The notes beneath the pieces were generated by a model, which saw only the letters and a list, made by a program, of their open reading frames with translations, did no database searches and was not told the origin of the DNA. From a virus, in the IMG/VR virus record IMGVR_UViG_3300044858_003398: DNA of 64,000 nucleotides; one strand, given 5' to 3'. Shown here piece by piece: positions 18,510 to 26,312 of the stretch. Each line of letters begins with the position of its first letter. The first letter of the stretch is position 1. Made by a program: the position numbers and the translations under genes.

Positions 18510-18896
18510 TTGGATGGGAAGCAGCACAAACTTATTCTCCAGTCCACCAAACGGAAGACAAGAGCTAAGTCAGCCCCTCACCAAAAGGCCCTTTCTCTTT
18601 TACTGGAGATCCTGCCCGGAGTTGTTATCTTCGAAGAAGTAACGCTACCGGGCTGTGGGCTTTATCTGGACATATTCCTACCATCCATATCTCTTGCCAT
18701 CGAAGTACATGGTAAGCAGCACTATGAATTTGTCCCATTCTTTCATAAGACCAAGGCCGACTTTCTCTTAGCTCGCAAAAGAGATCGAGATAAATTAGAG
18801 TGGTGCAATCTAAATGATGTTACTTTGGTGACTCTGCCACATGACGAGGAGGACAAATGGAAGAACTTGATAAGTTCAGCGATATCACAGGGTTAA
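18510..18896 (+). CDS. DUF559/Vsr-like PD-(D/E)XK endonuclease
   Basis: FEEV...LDIFLP...AIEVHGKQHY...RDRDKLEWC. Confidence 0.7.
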   Translation: MDGKQHKLILQSTKRKTRAKSAPHQKALSLLLEILPGVVIFEEVTLPGCGLYLDIFLPSISLAIEVHGKQHYEFVPFFHKTKADFLLARKRDRDKLEWCNLNDVTLVTLPHDEEDKWKNLISSAISQG

Positions 18897-19345
18897 AAGA
18901 ACTCACTTCATTTATAGATAGATACTGTCTTGAGTTTATGACTCCGGATTGTAGTTTTGATCCTGTCGTCCAGACTATTCTGGATATGCCGCATGAGGAT
19001 TTAATCTCTCTTTCCTCGGATGAAGCATATGCTGGGGCATTCAAGCTCCACTCCTATTGCATCTTTGTTCGTAAAGAGACAGACAAGTGTATCGCTAAGA
19101 AGAGCTGGTGCGAAGAGATACTCCATAACATTGTGGCCAGAAACTGGTCTAATCACTCCGAGTACATGAAATATGAAGTGAAAAGACAGGCGATTATTGC
19201 TGAGGATACCTTTGCCGTGAAGGTAGAGAAAATGAGAATTTATCTTACTTCTGTTATTTGTCAGGCTGACCAGAAGTTAGATTCAGTAAAAAGAATGGCC
19301 GATATCCTCCAAGACATTGGAAAGAAGAGATCTTATGATAGATGA
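18857..19345 (+). CDS. helical hypothetical protein (possible UvsY-like recombination mediator)
   Basis: Coiled-coil character and position near recA; function inferred only. Confidence 0.4.
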   Translation: MEELDKFSDITGLKELTSFIDRYCLEFMTPDCSFDPVVQTILDMPHEDLISLSSDEAYAGAFKLHSYCIFVRKETDKCIAKKSWCEEILHNIVARNWSNHSEYMKYEVKRQAIIAEDTFAVKVEKMRIYLTSVICQADQKLDSVKRMADILQDIGKKRSYDR

Positions 19346-19826
19346 GCTAAAGCTTGCGATTGATAGAAAAGATTGGGGATTGGTTGTCGATTTTTATCGA
19401 CGGCTAACCGGAACTCTGGAAGCCCCATCTCTCGAACCGAAGCAGAAACCCCCAGAAGTCAGCAGGAAAAGCGACCCAAATGACTTTACAATGCGGCCAG
19501 TCCAGACCAATCTCAAAAAGGCCACCAAGGCAGCGGCGAAGGTTGTCACTCCCAAAAAACCGAAGCGTGGCGGCAAAAAGAGCCCTGTAGTGGGTAAGCA
19601 GATTGAGTTCATCGACACTGGAGAAGCCCCAGACGAGCCGGGTGCGGATCAGATCAATGATAACGTTGCTTTGACCCCACGAAACCGTAAACCATTCAAG
19701 CCAATAATAATGGAGTGCGTTCGATGTAATCGTAAAGAGACTGTGGCCCCTCTCTTTAAAAGAGACAAAGATACATACAAGTGCAATAGCTGCCTGTGTA
19801 AAGGGAAAATAAATGGACCTGAGTAA
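19335..19826 (+). CDS. hypothetical protein with C-terminal zinc finger
   Basis: CVRC...CNSC; Lys/Pro-rich linker. Confidence 0.55.
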   Translation: MIDELKLAIDRKDWGLVVDFYRRLTGTLEAPSLEPKQKPPEVSRKSDPNDFTMRPVQTNLKKATKAAAKVVTPKKPKRGGKKSPVVGKQIEFIDTGEAPDEPGADQINDNVALTPRNRKPFKPIIMECVRCNRKETVAPLFKRDKDTYKCNSCLCKGKINGPE

Positions 19827-21261
19827 TGTGGCTAGCGAGAGGGCTGTTTTAGCTGGTATTTGCTCTCACGGGGTTGACTGCTATCTTGATACAGAGGCAT
19901 TCTTAGAAGAGGCCACTTTTACCGTAGACTTTAACAAGGTGATGTACAAATGTATAAAGCACATCATCAATAAGTCTGACAGGGTTGACTTTGTGTCGCT
20001 TCTATCAGCCGCAACTGACCTATCTCTTGGGGATTATGTTAACAAACCAGATGTTCTGAAGCATTTCAATGGGGTCTTAGCGACTCCTGTGGACGTCTCA
20101 AGTGTTCTAGGACACGCCAAGAAGATCAGAAGACTACAGTTTGCCCGCCATCTTCAGGATACGATTAAGGAGTCCTACAAGAGCCTCAACGAGATATCTG
20201 GGGAAGAATCCCTATCTGATATCATCGCTGTAGTTGATACTCCACTCTCAAATGCCTCTACTTCTTACATGAAGAAAGATGAGAATCGGCCAAAACTTCT
20301 CGGCGATGCTGGGATGGACTACTTTGACTATTTGATGTCCGACGAAATTAAGCAGATTGGCATTCCTAGTGGGTTCCCATCCTATGATGATGCTATCGGC
20401 GGTGGGTTCCTTCGTAAGTGTGTTGACTTGGTCGGGGCAAGGACTAAAGGCGGGAAGAGTATCTTCTGTGAGAATGTGTCTCTGCATGTGGCTGGTAAAC
20501 TAAACATCCCTGTCTTAGTATTAGACACTGAAATGTCCGAGCTAGACCATATGAACAGGTCATGGGCAAACTTATCTGGGATTCCAATCAATACAATTAA
20601 GAAGGGGGAGTTTAAAACTGATCCTCTGTCTATTGAGTCGGTCAAATCTGCGAGAGACTCCCTTAAGCAGATGCCATATCACTATATTAATGTATCCGGC
20701 AAGGGATTCGACGAGATTCTATCTATTGCCAGAAGGTGGGTCCTTAAAGAAGTAGGATTTGAGCCGACTGGTAGAACTAAAGATTGCCTGATAATCTATG
20801 ACTATTTCAAATTGATGGACTCCTCTGGTCTATCCGAAAACATAGCCGAATTTCAGGCCATGGGATTCCAAGCAACAAAATTGCATAATTTCTGCGTAGA
20901 ACATGACGTTCCCTGTCTCTCCTTCGTTCAGTTGAATAGGGACGGGATAGAGAAAGAATCAGCCGATGTAATCTCACAGTCGGATAGAATTGGCTGGCTT
21001 TGTACCTCATTCACTATTCTGAAACAGAAATCTGTTGACGAGATCGCAGATGACGGCCCCAAAAATGGCAATCGTAAGCTAGTACCAGTACTTTCAAGAC
21101 ATGGCCCCGGAATGACTGATGACGGTTATATCTGTCTCGAAATGAAGGGCGAATTAGCAAGGATGAGAGAAATTGGCACTGTTAGACGACTTTCTAGAAG
21201 TAAAGAGTTCCCAGAAAGACCTCCAGAGTCTGAAGGCGAAGCTGAAGGCGAAGATACCTGA
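19813..21261 (+). CDS. dnaB: replicative DNA helicase
   Basis: SERAVLAG N-domain, GARTKGGKS, LDTEMS, IYDY, QLNR, SRHG. Confidence 0.9.
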   Translation: MDLSNVASERAVLAGICSHGVDCYLDTEAFLEEATFTVDFNKVMYKCIKHIINKSDRVDFVSLLSAATDLSLGDYVNKPDVLKHFNGVLATPVDVSSVLGHAKKIRRLQFARHLQDTIKESYKSLNEISGEESLSDIIAVVDTPLSNASTSYMKKDENRPKLLGDAGMDYFDYLMSDEIKQIGIPSGFPSYDDAIGGGFLRKCVDLVGARTKGGKSIFCENVSLHVAGKLNIPVLVLDTEMSELDHMNRSWANLSGIPINTIKKGEFKTDPLSIESVKSARDSLKQMPYHYINVSGKGFDEILSIARRWVLKEVGFEPTGRTKDCLIIYDYFKLMDSSGLSENIAEFQAMGFQATKLHNFCVEHDVPCLSFVQLNRDGIEKESADVISQSDRIGWLCTSFTILKQKSVDEIADDGPKNGNRKLVPVLSRHGPGMTDDGYICLEMKGELARMREIGTVRRLSRSKEFPERPPESEGEAEGEDT

Positions 21262-22183
21262 GATTCTCAACTATTTCGGGGTTAAGACCTATCGTTCAGG
21301 ACAACTATTAGTCTGTAACTGCCCCATCCACGCGGGTGACAACATAACGGCCTTCAATATCAACTCTGACATCACATCAGAGTACTGTGGTCGTTGGTTC
21401 TGTAATACTGCTGGATGCCATAAGAAGTACGGTGGGGATGTCATAGGGCTCCTGAGGGGGCTCGCCACTATAAATGGCAACTTATCTTTTACTGAGGTGC
21501 TTAAGCTTGCTTCTACGTTCTGTGGGGCAGAACAAGTTGACTATGTCTCTGATGCCTTTAATGATATCGTACTAAGAGACAAAGACAGGCCTAGTGGCCC
21601 GTCTAGGGAAGAAATTAGAAGTAAGCTAATAAGACCAGTAGACTTCTACATAAAAAGAGGTTTCTCCTCTGAGATTCTTGACATCTTCGACGTTGGGATA
21701 TGTAATGATCCTGCGAAAGAGATGCATGGTAGAGTAGTATTTCCAGTTTACGATCCAACTGGAAAAGTCTTTATCGGATGTGTCGGGCGAACCCTCATAA
21801 ATGCTCCCGACAAGTGGAAGAACCAAAAGGGATTTAAGAAATCTCACCATCTGTACGGTTTATGGTTAGCTTTTCAGACCATTTGCCAAGCGGGCCGGAT
21901 TATACTAGTAGAGGGCCAAGGTGACGTGATCAGATTCCATCAGGCTGGGATAAAGAACGCTGTTGGGATTTTTGGGTCACGCCTATCAGATCATCAGGAG
22001 CTTCTACTGCAGAAAACTGGGGTTACTAATATAACCACAGTCTTCGACAGGGATGAGGCTGGGGATAAGTGTAGAGAAGACTGTAACAAGCTCAGTCGCC
22101 TATTCAATGTGAGGCATATAATGCCTCTTGTGGATGATATTGGGGAAATGTCAGTAGAAGAAGTTCAAGGATTAAAACTATGA
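21173..22183 (+). CDS. dnaG: DNA primase (Zn-binding domain plus TOPRIM)
   Basis: CPIH...WFC..C, RVVFPV, VGRT, LVEGQGD, FDRDEAG; start uncertain. Confidence 0.88.
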   Translation: MALLDDFLEVKSSQKDLQSLKAKLKAKIPEILNYFGVKTYRSGQLLVCNCPIHAGDNITAFNINSDITSEYCGRWFCNTAGCHKKYGGDVIGLLRGLATINGNLSFTEVLKLASTFCGAEQVDYVSDAFNDIVLRDKDRPSGPSREEIRSKLIRPVDFYIKRGFSSEILDIFDVGICNDPAKEMHGRVVFPVYDPTGKVFIGCVGRTLINAPDKWKNQKGFKKSHHLYGLWLAFQTICQAGRIILVEGQGDVIRFHQAGIKNAVGIFGSRLSDHQELLLQKTGVTNITTVFDRDEAGDKCREDCNKLSRLFNVRHIMPLVDDIGEMSVEEVQGLKL

Positions 22184-23004
22184 CACAAATTATTTGTATG
22201 GCCGGAAGCAAAGAGTCTGGCAAGACGACAGCGGCGAACTTCCTGCATGGGCATCTATTGAAGCTCAATGAGGTCATCAGAGAATATGAGATCACCAAAG
22301 CTGGCGAGCTTAAGGTTAACACCCATTACATGAAGGATGGGGAAGTCAAAGAAGATATGGGGGTGCTGGACCTGTCCCGTAAAGACGACTTGTACGTCCA
22401 GTACGCCGATCAGAGAATTTGGCCGTATGTGAAGATGTATAACTTTGCAGATGCATTGAAAGAACTCTGCATCACAATGTTCGATATTTCCCATGAGCAG
22501 GCTTATGGCAGCTATAAGAATAGCTTGACCAAGCTGAAGTGGGAGAATATGCCGGGTGTCGCAAGCTCCACCCAAATCGAAGATTTGTCCTTATCGACTG
22601 AGGACCTAGAGAAGCTAGGTATTCAGTCACATAAACCCGGCTTCATGACCGCTCGTGAAGTCCTCCAATTCGTCGGCACCGACATCTTCCGCCGCATGTA
22701 CGAGCCAGTCTGGGTCAAGCTCCTCATGAACAAAATCAAAGAGGATTCTCCATTGGTCGCGGTTATTGCCGACTGTCGCTTTGACAATGAAGCACAGGCA
22801 GTAAAAGATGAGGGCGGCATTATTGTGCGACTGACACGCCGCCCAACAAGAGACAACCACGCATCTGAAGACGGATTCAAGGAATTCTCAGATTTCGACC
22901 TAGTGTTAGATAATGAGATCCTCGATATCAAGAACGCTAACCAGCAACTGCTAGACTTCTTGGTTCAAAAGGGTCTTAGTGAATTCGTCAACAAAGCAGA
23001 GTGA
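22180..23004 (+). CDS. deoxynucleoside monophosphate kinase (T4 gp1-like)
   Basis: GSKESGKTT, FADALK, AREVLQFVGTD, DCRFDNE, HASE. Confidence 0.85.
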   Translation: MTQIICMAGSKESGKTTAANFLHGHLLKLNEVIREYEITKAGELKVNTHYMKDGEVKEDMGVLDLSRKDDLYVQYADQRIWPYVKMYNFADALKELCITMFDISHEQAYGSYKNSLTKLKWENMPGVASSTQIEDLSLSTEDLEKLGIQSHKPGFMTAREVLQFVGTDIFRRMYEPVWVKLLMNKIKEDSPLVAVIADCRFDNEAQAVKDEGGIIVRLTRRPTRDNHASEDGFKEFSDFDLVLDNEILDIKNANQQLLDFLVQKGLSEFVNKAE

Positions 23005-23030
23005 TTCGCTGTGCGACTCTGGGAGATGTT

Positions 23031-24074
23031 ATGATACTAACCTACCTACGCTCTAGTTCCATCGGAACTTATGCTATGTGTCCACAGAAGTACTTATTCA
23101 CATACCTTTTAGGCATGAAGGATAAGGATAATGGTAAGGCCATTATGGGCAGTACGATGCATAAAAACCTCGAACTATTAGGTAAGCAAAAGATAGCACA
23201 GCAGAATAAGAAGCGAAGCTTCGTAGACGAAGAGTTTGGCAAGATTAACTTTTCAAAGTGTTCTATCGAATATTTCAATGAGCTTTCTCACTCTTATTAT
23301 GAGAAACTCTTTCCGGGAATAATGCCCCACAATTCTAAAAAAATAACTTTAGAATGGACTCATTTAGCCATCACTAAAATGGATGGCGAGATGAATCCAC
23401 TTAACCAGAATGTGCATGCCGTAGAGGAGTTCTTTGAAGTTGAGGTTCCCCATGAGTGGGCCAATTATTCCTATAAGGTTGGCGATGAAGTGATCGAGGG
23501 GAGACTAGGGCTTAAGGGCACAGTGGACCTGATCCTAAAAGAGGACGATGTTTTCTTTCATGTAGTAGATTATAAGAGCGGTAGAAGATACAACTGGGCC
23601 ACAGACAAGGTTAAGACCTATGACTGCCTAGCGGAAGATAAACAGCTCTTACTGTATTACTATGCTTTGCGACTTAAGTATCCTGACAAACACTTCTACA
23701 TCTCGATCTACTACACGAACGACTATACAATCGACAAAGTCTTTGTCCCCGGCGGGGTCTTTACCTTCGCCTTTGACGACAAGGACTTCAAAAAAGCTGA
23801 GAATATGATTCGGGAGCAGTTTGAGACTATCAGAGATGATAAGTTCCCCCGAGTCATTAGTAAGACATGTAATAGTTTCAAATGCAAGTATCTCTGTGCA
23901 TTTTCTCAGATCATCCCAGAGATTTCCCCAGACGTGCCAGCCTGCATCTTTATGCGTAGCGAGATTGAGCGGATTGGTATAGATGCAGTCACAGAGAAGT
24001 ATGCCGACTTGAGCCGTATGAAGGTTTATAGTGGGGGCGGCAGGCAGGACGTAATTTTAGAACCTAAGGATTAA
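23031..24074 (+). CDS. Cas4/AddB-like PD-(D/E)XK exonuclease with probable Fe-S cluster
   Basis: SSIGTYAMCP, GSTMH, KGTVDL, VDYKSG, QLLLY, C-terminal Cys cluster. Confidence 0.8.
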   Translation: MILTYLRSSSIGTYAMCPQKYLFTYLLGMKDKDNGKAIMGSTMHKNLELLGKQKIAQQNKKRSFVDEEFGKINFSKCSIEYFNELSHSYYEKLFPGIMPHNSKKITLEWTHLAITKMDGEMNPLNQNVHAVEEFFEVEVPHEWANYSYKVGDEVIEGRLGLKGTVDLILKEDDVFFHVVDYKSGRRYNWATDKVKTYDCLAEDKQLLLYYYALRLKYPDKHFYISIYYTNDYTIDKVFVPGGVFTFAFDDKDFKKAENMIREQFETIRDDKFPRVISKTCNSFKCKYLCAFSQIIPEISPDVPACIFMRSEIERIGIDAVTEKYADLSRMKVYSGGGRQDVILEPKD

Positions 24075-25128
24075 ATGATGAAACTATTTTACACCACCTG
24101 ATGAAATCTCTATCGTCCATCGCTTGTTTCATTATGTTTATGCTCTTGTGGACCCACTGAACATTAGTTTCTATGTAACCTACGGAAGAATCTATTCTGT
24201 CTAATGATGCTGTAAAATTGCCAGACACGAAATCTGAATAACATGATGGCAGAGATATATCAACACCAGAAAGTTTACATTTTTCGCCTTGCTCCATATA
24301 GAGTTCAAAGAGAAAATCGCGATCTAGTTCAAAACTCAATTCCCTTACATCGGCACTTGCCTTTATCCGTCCGAATTGAGCATTAGATATTTTCGAATAT
24401 CCATCTCCCCGAACGGCCTCTGTATATTTCTCTCTTATTTTTATACCCAACTTTTTCAGCTCAGTCAAAATAGTCGTATGGCTAAATCCAAATTTCTTCC
24501 CTATCTCTTGGGCCGAAAAACCTCTTTCATACAATTCGATTGCCTCTTTAACGCATGAATCATCCCATGTTTTGGATCTAAATGTTTTTACCCCTAACTT
24601 TATAAGTTTTTTCTTTATGAACGAAGTAGAGACCTTGAAGTGTGCCGCTGTTTTAGATAACGATTTGTGAGAAGAATATATCTCAAGCAATTCGTCATCA
24701 CCTATCTTTAATAGGTGGTTATCAATAGTGATCCCCGCCTCTTTTAGCTTTGCTGTTACTGTGCAAGTAGAGCACCCAACTATCCGAGCAACTTCGGAGG
24801 TCAGTAAACCAGAACTATACAGCCCTATGATCGGCTCACTGTCTACCTCATTAGTTCTGGTCTGAATATTATTCACCCGAAGTCTATAGGCTATAGTATT
24901 CTTACAAAGGCCGACTTCCTTTGAAACTTGTATGGCTGACTTACCTTCATCGACATACTTCCTGATAATCTCTTTATCCTTTTCTCCTTTGCTAACCCAG
25001 ACATCGTTTAGTTTCAAGTGTTTCAAAATAGTAGTTCTGCTATATTTCGTCTGATCTTCTATCTCCTTTAGTGAGCAACCAGAAGAATACATATCAAGAA
25101 TTCTCTTTTTATCGACTATTTTAGGCAT
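24064..25128 (-). CDS. free-standing HNH-type endonuclease with five tandem HTH repeats
   Basis: C-terminal CKLSG...SLDRIDSSVGYIETNVQWVHKSINIMK; five Y..G.S...IA......TI...L...GI units; only - strand gene in the + arm. Confidence 0.75.
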   Translation of the reverse strand: MPKIVDKKRILDMYSSGCSLKEIEDQTKYSRTTILKHLKLNDVWVSKGEKDKEIIRKYVDEGKSAIQVSKEVGLCKNTIAYRLRVNNIQTRTNEVDSEPIIGLYSSGLLTSEVARIVGCSTCTVTAKLKEAGITIDNHLLKIGDDELLEIYSSHKSLSKTAAHFKVSTSFIKKKLIKLGVKTFRSKTWDDSCVKEAIELYERGFSAQEIGKKFGFSHTTILTELKKLGIKIREKYTEAVRGDGYSKISNAQFGRIKASADVRELSFELDRDFLFELYMEQGEKCKLSGVDISLPSCYSDFVSGNFTASLDRIDSSVGYIETNVQWVHKSINIMKQAMDDRDFIRWCKIVSSFNP

Positions 25129-25200
25129 TTTAATCTTTCTAGAAATTAGAGCATTACGTTTCTATATTATATACGTCTACTTTAAACAGAATCGAAGAAA

Positions 25201-25854
25201 ATGAACAAATCTTTATTCGTGGTCGCTGATCTGGAGACCGGGGGCCTTTCAACTGAGCGATCTCAAATTGTGCAGATCGGTGCAATAGCCGTTGACGCTA
25301 GACGACTTGAGATCATAGATGGATCAGAATTCAATATTCTTACTAAGCCTCTTTATGGAGAAGAAGCCAAAGCAAAGGGGCTAGAAGAAATCACAGAAGG
25401 AGCCATAGCCGTACACAAAAAGGGACACGCTCTATTGGCCGAAAAGGGGGTCGATATAGAGACCGGACTGAAAAATTTTGTGACATATGTCCATAGTCAT
25501 AACTACTCTAAGACAAAATGGCAGGCCCCAATAATCTCGGGCTATAATATTATCAACTACGACTTGCCAATCCTCAATAGAGAGTTCAATAGGTTTGGCA
25601 TTGATGACCCATTCCACCCATCAATCAAATTAGATGTGATGCAATTAATGTTTTTGTTCTTCGAAAACGACAAAAATGTCACTCGTCTCTCTGCCGACTC
25701 GCTCATCAGAAAGCACATGGGATGGAAGGACAAAGGAGAATCCCACGACGCACTCGGGGACGTAGTCATGACAGCGGAAGTCCTCATTAAATCAATGCGA
25801 CTAATTCGCAAAGCCGTAGGTACTGTCAAGTTCGAAAATTGTTTCGCCCTCTAG
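25201..25854 (+). CDS. DEDDh 3'-5' exonuclease (DnaQ-like)
   Basis: DLETGGL, GYNIINYDLP, HDALGD. Confidence 0.88.
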   Translation: MNKSLFVVADLETGGLSTERSQIVQIGAIAVDARRLEIIDGSEFNILTKPLYGEEAKAKGLEEITEGAIAVHKKGHALLAEKGVDIETGLKNFVTYVHSHNYSKTKWQAPIISGYNIINYDLPILNREFNRFGIDDPFHPSIKLDVMQLMFLFFENDKNVTRLSADSLIRKHMGWKDKGESHDALGDVVMTAEVLIKSMRLIRKAVGTVKFENCFAL

Positions 25855-25871
25855 TACCAGACGGAGTCTAT

Positions 25872-26312
25872 ATGGATATCCTTGAAAAATATGAAGCCCT
25901 TATAGCCGATCTTGCACATTCTCTCTATAGGAAGACCCACCTCTATGATTTTAAAGACCTCTTCCAGATAGGACTCCAGTCGGCTATAAGGCTTGAAAAA
26001 AAGTTTGACCCAGTCAGGTCGCAGAGGAGCACATTCTTCACTCTATGCGTCCGAAGAGATATGGTCAAATTTGTCAAAAGACATAACAAAGCTTTCACTA
26101 ATACGATCCTACCAAGTGGCCTTGGATCAAGCGATGAGCTTCAGCTCTGGGAATCTCTGCCTGACTTATGTCCCGAGGATGCAGAGATGGTCAGGATGCT
26201 CTCCGAAGGCCACAGTAAAAGAGAAGTGGCCAAACGCTTACAGCTACCGCTCAAAGAAATAAAAAGTCGGCTAATCAAGGTTGGGGAGTTAATATGCTCA
26301 AAAGAGTGCTAG
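25872..26312 (+). CDS. sigma70-family-like RNA polymerase sigma factor (small, divergent)
   Basis: KDLFQIGL...KFDP...TFF (region 2) and GHSKREVAKRLQLP (region 4 HTH). Confidence 0.7.
   Translation: MDILEKYEALIADLAHSLYRKTHLYDFKDLFQIGLQSAIRLEKKFDPVRSQRSTFFTLCVRRDMVKFVKRHNKAFTNTILPSGLGSSDELQLWESLPDLCPEDAEMVRMLSEGHSKREVAKRLQLPLKEIKSRLIKVGELICSKEC

Noticed and set aside
24064-25200. Group I intron carrying the HNH gene
   Set aside because: The flanking genes look complete and are different enzymes, the ORF is antisense, and there is no room for intron core structure.
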